Source of the DNA: a virus
Reading direction: 5' to 3' (one strand)
IMG/VR virus record: IMGVR_UViG_3300021597_000002
Coordinates: 14,303-78,302 of that record
DNA: 64,000 bases
Shown: piece after piece, positions 1-8,798 of the stretch
How the letters are laid out: the number at the start of each line of letters is the position of its first letter
Position numbering within the stretch: the first letter of the stretch is position 1
Translations under genes and position numbers: made by a program
Notes under the pieces: generated by a model
The model's database searches: none
What the model was told of the DNA's origin: nothing
The model's input: the letters and a program-made list of their open reading frames with translations, nothing else

Positions 1-308
1 AGTAAGTTGAAATAATGGTCAAATGCAATGTTCATATAACCACGGCGTTCTGTTGGGTCCGCTTCTTCCAATAACACCTTATGGGCGTATTCGCTGAAAT
101 CGTCTCCGCGCTCTTCGACTATCATGTGATAGCCTTCCTCGTGCTTTTTCTTCAGATCACGCTTGAGCTTTCGCTTCCATGTACCAAATGCACCGGAAAT
201 CTTTTCGAGCTTGGCGATCACCAACAGGTCGTCATTAAACACCGCCGTCGCTTGAACCTGCTCTTTACCCAGCAACGTGACACAAAATATTTTCTTCTGT
301 GTGCTCAT
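1..308 (-). CDS. Partial ORF (C-terminus runs off the window), probable P1-like tail/virion morphogenesis protein; not in the ORF track
   Basis: ATG at 308 opens MSTQKKIFCVTLLGKEQVQATAVF...YHMIVEERGDDF...IAFDHYFNL with no stop to the window edge; preceded by the shared late-promoter motif at 349-393. Confidence 0.7.
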   Translation of the reverse strand, partial: MSTQKKIFCVTLLGKEQVQATAVFNDDLLVIAKLEKISGAFGTWKRKLKRDLKKKHEEGYHMIVEERGDDFSEYAHKVLLEEADPTERRGYMNIAFDHYFNL

Positions 309-480
309 GGCTTCGCATCACCCTATACGATCGTAAAAAACTATCATCATGATGGGTAAAAACGATCGATCTCGCAGCAACAGGGAAATATTGCGAACTT
401 TGTGTGCTCATGGCTTCACGAACGTAAAAACTATCATCAAGACGAGTAAAAACGATCGATCTCGGAAAAACAGGAAAACA
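298..480. repeat. Two imperfect ~80-90 bp direct repeats (298-390, 401-480) covering the promoter and start codon of the leftward gene
   Basis: TGTGTGCTCATGGCTTC...CGTAAAAA(A)CTATCATCA...GTAAAAACGATCGATCTCG...AACAGG occurs twice. Confidence 0.9.
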
Positions 481-637
481 ATGTGATATTTTGTTGCTTT
501 GTTTTGTTTATTTGCTCGTTGTGACAATTACAGGCATTTAAATTACAACACCACCTTGTTTTGATGGGCTTCGCTAATTGCTTTAAGTGAGTTGTGTAAA
601 TTAGATAAGGTTTTACTTTTGTAAAACATATTTTTGT

Positions 638-657
638 TGTTATACTTCGGTATAACA
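638..657. promoter_or_regulatory. Palindromic TA autoregulatory operator overlapping the -10 element
   Basis: TGTTATAC-TTCG-GTATAACA just upstream of the antitoxin gene; contains TATACT. Confidence 0.7.
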
Positions 658-679
658 CAGAGAAGAAGGAAACCAACAC

Positions 680-937
680 ATGACCGCTGTTGTAATTCGC
701 CAGTCTGGCGGCGCTAACATCGTTAGCATCCCTAAAACCATTGTTAAAATGCTTAGCTTGCACGCTGGATCAAAACTGGACCTATCCGTTCAGGATAACA
801 GAATCGTGCTAACTCCAGTTGAGGAAGAGCTAACGCTGGAAGCCTTACTCGCTGAAAGCCCAAAAGAGTGCTTTGCCATTACCGATGAAGACAGAGAATG
901 GATTAATGCTAAGCCTGTTGGCAAGGAAGTGATTTGA
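680..937 (+). CDS. mazE: AbrB/MazE-family antitoxin
   Basis: IRQSGGANIVSIPK AbrB motif, TLEALLA, C-terminal DREW..KPVGKE; overlaps the toxin start. Confidence 0.9.
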   Translation: MTAVVIRQSGGANIVSIPKTIVKMLSLHAGSKLDLSVQDNRIVLTPVEEELTLEALLAESPKECFAITDEDREWINAKPVGKEVI

Positions 938-1266
938 TGTACGTACCAGATAAAGGAGACATTGTTTCACTCGACTTTGATCCGAGCGCAGGAAAGGAAA
1001 TCATGAAACGTCGTCCTGCGTTTGTGATCTCTCGTAAAATGTTCAATGAACACACTGGATTTGCTGTTGTAGCTCCAATCACTAGCACAGTGAGAGGTAT
1101 GAAGCTGGAAGTCGTTTTGCCTGAAGAGCTATCGACACAAGGCGCCATCCTCATTCACCAAGTTAAATCTCTCGATTTCTCTAACCGTCAGGTCAAATTC
1201 ATAGAGAAAGCCCCACAAGCAATCACCGACAAAGCCACTGAGCTTACAAAAGTGATTATTTCGTAA
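934..1266 (+). CDS. mazF: PemK/MazF-family endoribonuclease toxin
   Basis: YVPDKGDIVSLDFDPSAGKEIMKRRPAFVIS...VAPITS...QVKSLD. Confidence 0.93.
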   Translation: MMYVPDKGDIVSLDFDPSAGKEIMKRRPAFVISRKMFNEHTGFAVVAPITSTVRGMKLEVVLPEELSTQGAILIHQVKSLDFSNRQVKFIEKAPQAITDKATELTKVIIS

Positions 1267-1280
1267 TAAGTGGTCGCGCT

Positions 1281-2615
1281 ATGAACAACAAATTTGACGA
1301 TATTAAACACCCGCCTCACTCTATCGAGGCGGAGCAATCCGTGATTGGTGGCTTGCTTTTAGACAACGAACGTTGGGAATCAGTAAGCGAGCGATTGACG
1401 AAAGCTGACTTCTACAGCCGTCCTCACCGGATTATCTTTGATGCTATAGGCTCGTTATTTGATAGCAGAACGCCCGTAGACCTTATCACCTTGTCTGAGC
1501 GCTTGGAGCAAAGAGAACAATTAGATGATGTTGGTGGGTTTGCGTATCTGGCGGACCTTGCCAAAAACACACCTAGTGCAGCCAACATCCTTGCTTACAC
1601 TGACATTGTGGCTGAGCGTTCTATGTTGCGCCACATGATCTCTGCTGCAAATGAAATCGCTGACGCCGCATACAATACGCAAGGCAGAAAACCAGAGGAA
1701 CTGCTCGATCTTGCAGAGAAGAAGGTGCTTTCTATCTCTGAGGCTCGCATCAAAAGTGACAACGTATTTGATGGCAAAAGCCTAATTGCAGAAACGATGG
1801 CGCGATTCAAATCCAGCAAGCGCAACAGTATCACCGGAATGAGAACGGGCTTTGATGAGCTTGATGCCATGACGCTAGGCTTACAACCGTCAGACTTTGT
1901 TGTGGTAGCGGCTAGACCATCGCATGGTAAAACCACCATGGCGCTAAACATCTGTGAAAGTGCCATCATGGAAGAAGAGAAACCCGTGTTACTTTTCTCT
2001 CTTGAAATGCCAAAGAGTCAGATCATGGATAAGCTCGTCTCTTCACTGTCTCGCGTTAGCTTAACCAGCATTAAGACAGGGCAGCTAAATGAAGAACAAG
2101 AGACACAAGTCGGCTCTGCACTTGGTCTGCTCGATTGGAAGCCGAACTTTTACATTGATGATAGTGCAGGCTTAACGCCGACTGAAATGAGAGCTAAAGC
2201 TCGTCGTATTGCTCGGGAGCATGGCGGATTGTCGATGATAGTTGTTGATTACCTACAGTTGATGCGCGTACCAGCACTAGCAGATAACCGTACTTTGGAA
2301 ATCTCTGAGATCTCCCGTTCACTCAAAGCATTAGCGAAAGAGTTAAACGTTCCTGTGGTTGCCTTGTCGCAGCTTAACCGCTCTTTGGAACAACGCCCAG
2401 ACAAGCGCCCTATCAACTCAGATTTGCGTGAATCAGGCGCTATTGAACAAGATGCTGACCTTATCATGTTTATCTACCGTGACGAGCTGTACAACGACAG
2501 AAGCAAGTACAAAGGCACCGCAGAGATCATCATAGGCAAGCAGCGCAACGGTCCTGTCGGTAACATTACGCTTCGTTTTGATGGCGACATCTCTCGCTTT
2601 GACAACTTACAGTAG
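1281..2615 (+). CDS. dnaB: Replicative DNA helicase (DnaB / P1 Ban analog)
   Basis: PPHSIEAEQSV N-terminus, Walker A ARPSHGKT, FSLEM, VDYLQL, SQLNR, DLRESGAIEQDAD, KQRNGP. Confidence 0.97.
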   Translation: MNNKFDDIKHPPHSIEAEQSVIGGLLLDNERWESVSERLTKADFYSRPHRIIFDAIGSLFDSRTPVDLITLSERLEQREQLDDVGGFAYLADLAKNTPSAANILAYTDIVAERSMLRHMISAANEIADAAYNTQGRKPEELLDLAEKKVLSISEARIKSDNVFDGKSLIAETMARFKSSKRNSITGMRTGFDELDAMTLGLQPSDFVVVAARPSHGKTTMALNICESAIMEEEKPVLLFSLEMPKSQIMDKLVSSLSRVSLTSIKTGQLNEEQETQVGSALGLLDWKPNFYIDDSAGLTPTEMRAKARRIAREHGGLSMIVVDYLQLMRVPALADNRTLEISEISRSLKALAKELNVPVVALSQLNRSLEQRPDKRPINSDLRESGAIEQDADLIMFIYRDELYNDRSKYKGTAEIIIGKQRNGPVGNITLRFDGDISRFDNLQ

Positions 2616-2630
2616 GGGCGCAAAGCCCCT

Positions 2631-2978
2631 TCAATAGAATCGCAATGTACCGTCGTCAGTCAGCTTAACGATCATTTCTTCAATCTTCTTGGTATCTGAG
2701 AGCCAGAATAATTTCTGCTCCATCTGTGGCAGATCGCCAACAAGCGACATCAACATTTCCAAAGGCATAAACACGTACTCAGCTGGGCGCCCATGCTCGT
2801 GCTTAAATCGCTCGTGGTTTTCTTTAAGGAGAGTTAAATAAGGGTTGGTATTCTTTGCCAGCTCATACGCTAACGGGCTGATCTTGTGATGTACACTGCC
2901 AATTGTGCCAACGTTCGCATGTTCTGCTTGTTTCATTGCCGTGGCAAGCTGCTGACCTAGTTGTTCTAATTTATCCAT
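2631..2978 (-). CDS. Hypothetical protein with its own late-type promoter
   Basis: 115-aa ORF with AAAGGA RBS; promoter motif at 3011-3055. Confidence 0.7.
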   Translation of the reverse strand: MDKLEQLGQQLATAMKQAEHANVGTIGSVHHKISPLAYELAKNTNPYLTLLKENHERFKHEHGRPAEYVFMPLEMLMSLVGDLPQMEQKLFWLSDTKKIEEMIVKLTDDGTLRFY

Positions 2979-3055
2979 GTCCGTTCCTTTCTACTCGATA
3001 AAACGGACTTAGGGTGGCATTGCGCTCACCCTGTCGCCACAACAAAACATTATAA

Positions 3056-3481
3056 TCAAAGCTCTAATTTCTTTTTATCCGATGGGTAACACCCGTTAGC
3101 TTTGAAATATTCATTTTTCTTTAGAAGCATAACTCCATAGCATTCACGGCACATAGATTCTGTGGACTCTCGACCGTTCAGTACTTGCTCTATAAATTTT
3201 TTGGTTCTCTTACAGTATCTGCCACATACACAACGACATTGCCAAACCCCTTTCCCCAGATACCCAATAACCTTTAATCTACCGACAATAGAACCCGTTA
3301 GATCTGTAAAAGCGGAGTCATCAGGTATCGGTTGGTGTTTTCTAGGAGCCTCCCAAAACTCAACATCGACCAGTTTATCTCTGTTTTTTATGTTAAAAGT
3401 GGAATGCTCAGGCGCTTTTTGAACAACCAAAGCAGCTTGCTTATTTACAGGTCTCAGCCTCAATGTACTTTTAAGAGTCAT
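3056..3481 (-). CDS. Cys-rich protein resembling the N-terminal part of phage HNH/AP2 endonucleases, with no nuclease domain
   Basis: DLTGSIVGRLKVIG...WQCRCVCG...SMCREC. Confidence 0.55.
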   Translation of the reverse strand: MTLKSTLRLRPVNKQAALVVQKAPEHSTFNIKNRDKLVDVEFWEAPRKHQPIPDDSAFTDLTGSIVGRLKVIGYLGKGVWQCRCVCGRYCKRTKKFIEQVLNGRESTESMCRECYGVMLLKKNEYFKANGCYPSDKKKLEL

Positions 3482-3497
3482 TCCCTTTTAACCTCCT

Positions 3498-3797
3498 TTA
3501 ATTTTCGACTGAATCAAGCACCATAGGCTTACGTTGACCTTTTTCAAAGTAAGCAATAATGGCATCACCAGACTCAAACTCTAACGTCACTAGCTCAGGC
3601 GTCAGATCTCGATCATCAATAACCAAAACATAGCCATTTCCCGCTTTGTTAATGATGTAGTCAACAACAATGCCGTCGCGCTCTTCAACTTCCAGCTCAA
3701 GCGGGTCAAACTCATTTTCAATTGACGGCAGTTGCTTCTTCAGAGCCACTGAGACATTGGCAAGCTGAATCGTGTTATCACTCATAATCATCCTCAT
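3498..3797 (-). CDS. Acidic hypothetical protein ending in MVLDSVEN
   Basis: ORF in a tightly packed operon. Confidence 0.6.
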   Translation of the reverse strand: MRMIMSDNTIQLANVSVALKKQLPSIENEFDPLELEVEERDGIVVDYIINKAGNGYVLVIDDRDLTPELVTLEFESGDAIIAYFEKGQRKPMVLDSVEN

Positions 3798-4125
3798 AAA
3801 CTGATCTACCCTTACTCGGGAAGCTCAATACATTAAAACCCACATCCTTTAGCCAGTACGCTATTGGCTTATAAGCTGGCTCATAGAAAAACGGACCGCC
3901 GCCGGTATCACACCAAGCACCAAACATCACGTTTGGTCGCTCAAGTCCTTTCGACTCAATCGTGCGCTCACCTTCGAATAGGAAATAAGCCTTGCGGGTC
4001 ACATCCCTTTGCACTCGAATAGCATTAAACTCATCACGCTCGGATATTTCACGCTGAAGTGCTTGCGCCTCATCTTCAGTCATTGATTTGGGCACCAGAA
4101 CGGTGCCAAAAATAGTGATACTCAT
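3778..4125 (-). CDS. Hypothetical protein
   Basis: AGGAGA RBS; operon packing. Confidence 0.7.
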   Translation of the reverse strand: MSITIFGTVLVPKSMTEDEAQALQREISERDEFNAIRVQRDVTRKAYFLFEGERTIESKGLERPNVMFGAWCDTGGGPFFYEPAYKPIAYWLKDVGFNVLSFPSKGRSVYEDDYE

Positions 4126-4136
4126 AAGGCTCTCCT

Positions 4137-4409
4137 TTAGCCAAGCACAGGCAAAATACTCACCCTTTTAAGCTCTTCCAGCTCAACATCTGTCAGCTGA
4201 AATGAAATCTCAGGCGGGGTTTTAGTAGAGTTGTCCATTTTGAACATCACCACATTCACACCACCTTCGTTAAGCGGATAATGATGAAACGCTCCGGACT
4301 TAGGCAGCTCTATTGTGAAACCGGCACTCCCTTCGATAGTTAACCCCATAGGTGTGTCTGGGGACTCTTCAACGATCTCTAAAATAAAACCTTCAAACTT
4401 ATGTTTCAT
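4137..4409 (-). CDS. Hypothetical protein (likely start MKHKFEG)
   Basis: GAGGAAG RBS before ATG at 4409; this start avoids overlap with the upstream ORF. Confidence 0.65.
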   Translation of the reverse strand: MKHKFEGFILEIVEESPDTPMGLTIEGSAGFTIELPKSGAFHHYPLNEGGVNVVMFKMDNSTKTPPEISFQLTDVELEELKRVSILPVLG

Positions 4410-4425
4410 AGCTTCCTCGGTGATC

Positions 4426-4839
4426 CTAATTGTTATCCATAAATGACAAGCAGTACTGTTCAAACTGGTAAAGCGCTTCATCATCAAAGCGACCTGAATC
4501 ACGCAGCCCCATCATTTCTTGAAACAAATGACGATTTTTATAGTCAAGATTGACGTAATCATGCAGGTGAGCTATTCGCGGTGTTTCCGTTCTACGGTAC
4601 CAGTTAGAAAAAGCGGTTGTAAAAAATGTTCTTGCGCGACCGCCATCTTCGATAGCCTCGCGTATATCTGCTAGAACATCCTCAAGTGGACGAGCCTTAG
4701 TAATCGTCTTTGGCTCTACGACCAATGAGCGAATAGACTCTAAAATCTTCATCTGATCAAGCTTGCTGTATTTTGGAAACTGCTCCTGCAGCTGTACCAA
4801 GCAATCATTCAACATAGACTCTTCAAAAGTAGCGTTCAT
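4426..4839 (-). CDS. Hypothetical phage protein
   Basis: 137-aa ORF with RBS; its promoter region overlaps a hexamer array. Confidence 0.7.
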   Translation of the reverse strand: MNATFEESMLNDCLVQLQEQFPKYSKLDQMKILESIRSLVVEPKTITKARPLEDVLADIREAIEDGGRARTFFTTAFSNWYRRTETPRIAHLHDYVNLDYKNRHLFQEMMGLRDSGRFDDEALYQFEQYCLSFMDNN

Positions 4840-4937
4840 AATCCCTAATCCTTGTATTGATTTACATTAAATATAGCACTTATTAAGTATTAGTTAGATA
4901 CCTATCTAACACTATTTAAATATTAGTTTAATATCTT

Positions 4938-6077
4938 CTATCCGCCTCCACCTCCCCAATTCATAGGGGCTGAGCGTGTTTTTACTCGACTATGAGCCAT
5001 TGCACCATCACGCGCTAATATTGCCCTACCATATCTAGCAACCATGGTACCGCTAGACCATCGTCCAGACTGTTGGATCTGTAACGTGTTATAGCCCTTT
5101 TTGAGTAGGTCTTGTGCTGCACCTACACGCGCACTGTGAGCAGTAAACGGCTTTACACCCTGACGTTCTAGGTCCAGCGCTTGCCATGCTGAATAGAACA
5201 CACCCTCAACCGTTTTGGTTGTAATGGCTTTGTGCAGTAGCTCTTCAGTATCTTTGTCTTTCTTCGGCTTGATGCAGGTATTGTGCTTTGATACACCCAC
5301 AAACAAGAAGCCATCACCACTCATATCCAGCTTGCCAGCTTCGGTGTAATCCATAAGCAAACTAACCACATCCTGACTGAGAATGCAGGTGTCCGGCTCG
5401 CCGCTATGGTTTGTCTTGGTGATAGGAATGGTTAACACTGCGGTACCATCCCCTGCTAATTCCATGTCACTAACTCGAATATTTGCCAGCTCAGACGCCC
5501 GTAACATGGACTCATACGCAACCGCCAACAACGCCAAGTTACGACGCAGCAACAGCTTATCGCTTCGGTACCAGAGCGAGGTGAGTTTCAGTAAATGCTG
5601 CTCGTTAAATGGTGAAGCCTGCTTAACGACCTCACCCTCCCTCACTTTCTTTCGAGATATGGCTTTGAGTCGGTCTTCTACATAAATATCAAGGCAGGGA
5701 TCGGGACAGCCGGCGACACGGTGAACACGGGAGATAGCCCAGCGATACACCGACAACGTATTGCGGTGCAACTGTTCAGCTCGCTCAATAAAAAACGCTT
5801 CGACGGTATCCGGTGTGGCAGGCAAAGAATGTCGATGATTTGCCAAGCACCAATCCACAAAGCAAGTCCACGCACTTTCCAATCGACGCAAGGTATTAGG
5901 CGAATAGCGCTCTTCCCTTTTCTTGAACTCATTAAGCAGGTGCTCGAACGCTGCCTTGAATTGTTCGTTCTCGGCAACGTTGATCCCTTTCTTCTGTGCC
6001 GCTTGGATCGCGGTTCTCACATCGTCCGGTCTGACGCCGGAAAAATCCCCCAACAGGGAGAGTTGATTTTCTATCAT
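4938..6077 (-). CDS. cre: Cre-like tyrosine recombinase, close variant of VCre (start MIENQLSLLGDF)
   Basis: Catalytic R(MLRASE)-K(TKTN)-H-x-x-R(HSAR)-W-Y(MVARY); sequence matches VCre as I recall it; lox site adjacent. Confidence 0.95.
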   Translation of the reverse strand: MIENQLSLLGDFSGVRPDDVRTAIQAAQKKGINVAENEQFKAAFEHLLNEFKKREERYSPNTLRRLESAWTCFVDWCLANHRHSLPATPDTVEAFFIERAEQLHRNTLSVYRWAISRVHRVAGCPDPCLDIYVEDRLKAISRKKVREGEVVKQASPFNEQHLLKLTSLWYRSDKLLLRRNLALLAVAYESMLRASELANIRVSDMELAGDGTAVLTIPITKTNHSGEPDTCILSQDVVSLLMDYTEAGKLDMSGDGFLFVGVSKHNTCIKPKKDKDTEELLHKAITTKTVEGVFYSAWQALDLERQGVKPFTAHSARVGAAQDLLKKGYNTLQIQQSGRWSSGTMVARYGRAILARDGAMAHSRVKTRSAPMNWGGGGG

Positions 6078-6133
6078 GCTGGCAACGTGTAGTGATGGAT
6101 ATGCAATCATATTGATGGAAAGCGGGATAATTG

Positions 6134-6167
6134 TCAATTTCTGAGAATGACAGTTCTCAGAAATTGA
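6134..6167. other. 34-bp lox-type recombination site (VloxP variant)
   Basis: TCAATTTCTGAGA-ATGACAGT-TCTCAGAAATTGA: perfect 13-bp arms and an asymmetric 8-bp spacer, directly upstream of the recombinase. Confidence 0.95.
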
Positions 6168-6297
6168 GAGCTAGGCGGGTGTTTTTTGACCGCTCACAAA
6201 GTGACACGGTAACACTTTAAATATTAAGTTTTGTTTGGGTGTTTCTTAGTGGCAATAAAAAACCGCCCGAAGGCGGCTTATTGATGATCTTGGTTAG

Positions 6298-6948
6298 TTA
6301 GGCAGGTAAAACATGGTAATCGGACACGGGACCAGACGGCAATGCCCCCACAACCGGAATACGGCTCAAATGGGTTTTCAATGTCTCCCGTAAGGCATAC
6401 CCCGCCCCCATGGTATTGACGATCACCAAATCATAACCGCCCTGTTCGTACTGATCTTGAATCCGGCATGTGGCATCGAGAACGGTTTCACTGTCTTGTA
6501 TTTCTGCCAGTAACGCCCGTTTAGCACGTAATACCGACGCCATATCACGCACATCAATGGATAAATATTGCTTCTCATTGTTCCCTTTCCGAAATAACAA
6601 AAAGGCTTCACCAGAACGAAGTGGAATATTATTAATGACAGGCTGAGACACAAACCAATAACCGACAATCTTTGAAATGGAATAAAACAACATGAGAAAC
6701 ACTGACAGGCTTGATATTAAGTCATAGCCTAAATCAACACTCCATAATAATTGCTTTAATGGCTCCTTGTCGGGAATGAGAAATAAAGCCAATGCCATGA
6801 CCAGCAAATAAGAAAGACTGAACTCTTTAAACAGCTGGAACGACTTCACTTGTTCTTTGTTGCCAAACAAACCCACACACAAATAGACGCTCAATGTCAT
6901 GAAAAACCATGACATCAGACAGAATGAAATGACCTGAAGTATACTCAT
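6298..6948 (-). CDS. Membrane protein (about 3 TM) with a soluble C-terminal domain
   Basis: Three hydrophobic segments; late-type promoter at 6980-7024; terminator hairpin at 6256-6280. Confidence 0.7.
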   Translation of the reverse strand: MSILQVISFCLMSWFFMTLSVYLCVGLFGNKEQVKSFQLFKEFSLSYLLVMALALFLIPDKEPLKQLLWSVDLGYDLISSLSVFLMLFYSISKIVGYWFVSQPVINNIPLRSGEAFLLFRKGNNEKQYLSIDVRDMASVLRAKRALLAEIQDSETVLDATCRIQDQYEQGGYDLVIVNTMGAGYALRETLKTHLSRIPVVGALPSGPVSDYHVLPA

Positions 6949-7024
6949 CGTGATTCCCTATATTGACGATATCTTAGCCAATATAGGCGGATTGACCGCC
7001 TATCCGTACAACACAACTTTGTTG

Positions 7025-7501
7025 TCAAAGCCCGAGCAATTCTGCCGCTTGGGTCTCGGTTAGCTTGAGCTTGTATTTGGGATTCAAGAGTGCCCGAATG
7101 GCAAAGCTATTGTCTCTGTAGTTGCCTTTTGCGATCTGCACTCGGTATGCCTGCACCTCAGCCCACTGGCGATAAGGGCGCACCAACAGATACAGCAAAA
7201 CATGAAGAGCGGGGGCTAATCCGGCAATCACAGTGCTGGCGATCATCAAAACAGGATCGGCATAGAAGAAATGCAGCCCTGTCCAGCCAACGACTGACAG
7301 TGGTAAAAACAGCATCCACCATTGCTTTACATGGCACTTTTCATGCTCAAGCAAGCCGATATCATGCTCTTTACCTTTACGAAGGGTGATAATAAATAGA
7401 CGGGCGTTACCTGCTTGCCACGATGGCAGTTTGTCAGTGTAACGAACGAAGTACCAGCATTGGCTGAGTTTTGCCTTTAGTGAGGCGAGGAAGGTTTTCA
7501 T
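7025..7501 (-). CDS. Membrane-associated zincin-like metallopeptidase
   Basis: LLEHEKCHVKQW (HExxH), two hydrophobic segments, downstream WAEVQAY glutamate; late-type promoter at 7533-7577. Confidence 0.65.
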   Translation of the reverse strand: MKTFLASLKAKLSQCWYFVRYTDKLPSWQAGNARLFIITLRKGKEHDIGLLEHEKCHVKQWWMLFLPLSVVGWTGLHFFYADPVLMIASTVIAGLAPALHVLLYLLVRPYRQWAEVQAYRVQIAKGNYRDNSFAIRALLNPKYKLKLTETQAAELLGL

Positions 7502-7581
7502 AGATGCTCCTAAGAGTTAAGTGAACATGCTCATTATTCACCGCCGCCATTTAGCGAGCATCTATACAAAAATATCAGTGG

Positions 7582-8007
7582 TTAGAGTACTTCATCGTCC
7601 GTTAAACAGTACGTCATGAAGCCGGTATCGTCTTCGGTGTAACCAACAACTTTTTCATTCGTCACTAAAGCAAAATGCGCAGCCAGTGCCGCTCTATCCT
7701 CTGTTGGCATTAAGCTTAGATACTCATCTTCTGACAGCACCATGTGTTTAGTGTCTGGTCCCTCTGTTGCCACTAGGTACACCTGACCACGTTCCAGCGA
7801 CTTAAAGACATCCAAATATTGCTGTTCACTTTGAATGTACTCAATCAATAAAGGCTTAACGCCATCAATGATATTTTTTGCCGGTGCTGGCGAATGGGAA
7901 ACGGGCGTTTTATGCGTTGCCTTTGCTTTCTTCCTCGCCTGACGGCGCTTGTTCTTCTGTGCTTGCTTAACTGACATACAAGATCCTTTCTTTGCTTTAA
8001 GTATCAA
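7582..8007 (-). CDS. Hypothetical protein with a very basic N-terminus (likely start MSVKQ)
   Basis: ORF track; AAAGGA RBS before the internal ATG. Confidence 0.65.
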   Translation of the reverse strand: MILKAKKGSCMSVKQAQKNKRRQARKKAKATHKTPVSHSPAPAKNIIDGVKPLLIEYIQSEQQYLDVFKSLERGQVYLVATEGPDTKHMVLSEDEYLSLMPTEDRAALAAHFALVTNEKVVGYTEDDTGFMTYCLTDDEVL

Positions 8008-8059
8008 TCTAATACTTACTCGGTGTTATTTATATACTTAATAGGTGCTCAATTTGGCT

Positions 8060-8548
8060 TTAACGCCCTGATAGTGCAAGGCTTGCCTGATTAATCTCGC
8101 AACTAGAGGGTAAATTGAGAGGCAATTGATATTTATCCGATAAGAATCGCACTAAAGAGAGCTTCCATGTTAATCCTGAGCCACTTAACCCAGCATGATA
8201 TGGTTGCCCTTTATCAGTAACGGCTCTTCGCTTACCTACCTCTTTGGGTAACTGCAGCGACTGCTCATCCAATAGCTGATTCACTTTGCTCCAATGCAAA
8301 CCGCCTAACAGCTTTCCAATCACCCACGGCGGGAACGCATCATTATGCAAACATCGCCCTATGTACCAGAGCAGTTTATCACCGTAAAGATCCTGCGTCT
8401 CAGCTTCTTCAGTAGGATTACCTTGGGTCAATAACGCTTCAACTTGCTGACGCACCTCACGCGCTTTTACTTCACCTTCACGCTGCTTAGTTATGGCTCT
8501 TTGCTTTTTCTTTTGAGCTGAGCGTTTATTTCTTTTATCTTTTTTCAC
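8060..8548 (-). CDS. Hypothetical protein with a basic N-terminus
   Basis: GTGA overlap with the upstream gene. Confidence 0.65.
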   Translation of the reverse strand: MKKDKRNKRSAQKKKQRAITKQREGEVKAREVRQQVEALLTQGNPTEEAETQDLYGDKLLWYIGRCLHNDAFPPWVIGKLLGGLHWSKVNQLLDEQSLQLPKEVGKRRAVTDKGQPYHAGLSGSGLTWKLSLVRFLSDKYQLPLNLPSSCEINQASLALSGR

Positions 8549-8769
8549 GCCTTGTCCTTATTGGTATTCAGCGGCACTTTCTTCCTAAATGACAACCCTG
8601 TACCAACTAAAGAGCCGCTAAACCAAAGACCACGACGACCAATATTAAATTTAATAAATCGGTTTCCTATCGTTATTGAAAAATTAGACTTGGATATATT
8701 CACCCAAAGAAAAGGCAATACTTTAATTCTTTTTTGATACCGCAAACCTTTCATATTTACCCCTAACAA
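8545..8769 (-). CDS. DUF4236-like small protein
   Basis: GLRYQKRIKVLPFLWVNISKS...GTGLSFRK signature. Confidence 0.75.
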   Translation of the reverse strand: MLGVNMKGLRYQKRIKVLPFLWVNISKSNFSITIGNRFIKFNIGRRGLWFSGSLVGTGLSFRKKVPLNTNKDKA

Positions 8770-8798
8770 AAAGGCGAGATAATCCCGCCTTTAATATT

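Noticed and set aside
81-359. Plus-strand 92-aa ORF in the track
   Set aside because: Antisense shadow of the more protein-like minus-strand ORF starting at 308, which has a matching promoter
624-639. AAACA-N6-TGTTG near the mazE promoter as another lytic promoter
   Set aside because: No -10-like hexamer at the N23 position on either strand
6078-6137. Extended N-terminus of the Cre ORF given in the track
   Set aside because: The TTG start lies within the lox arm; similarity to VCre begins at MIENQ (6077)
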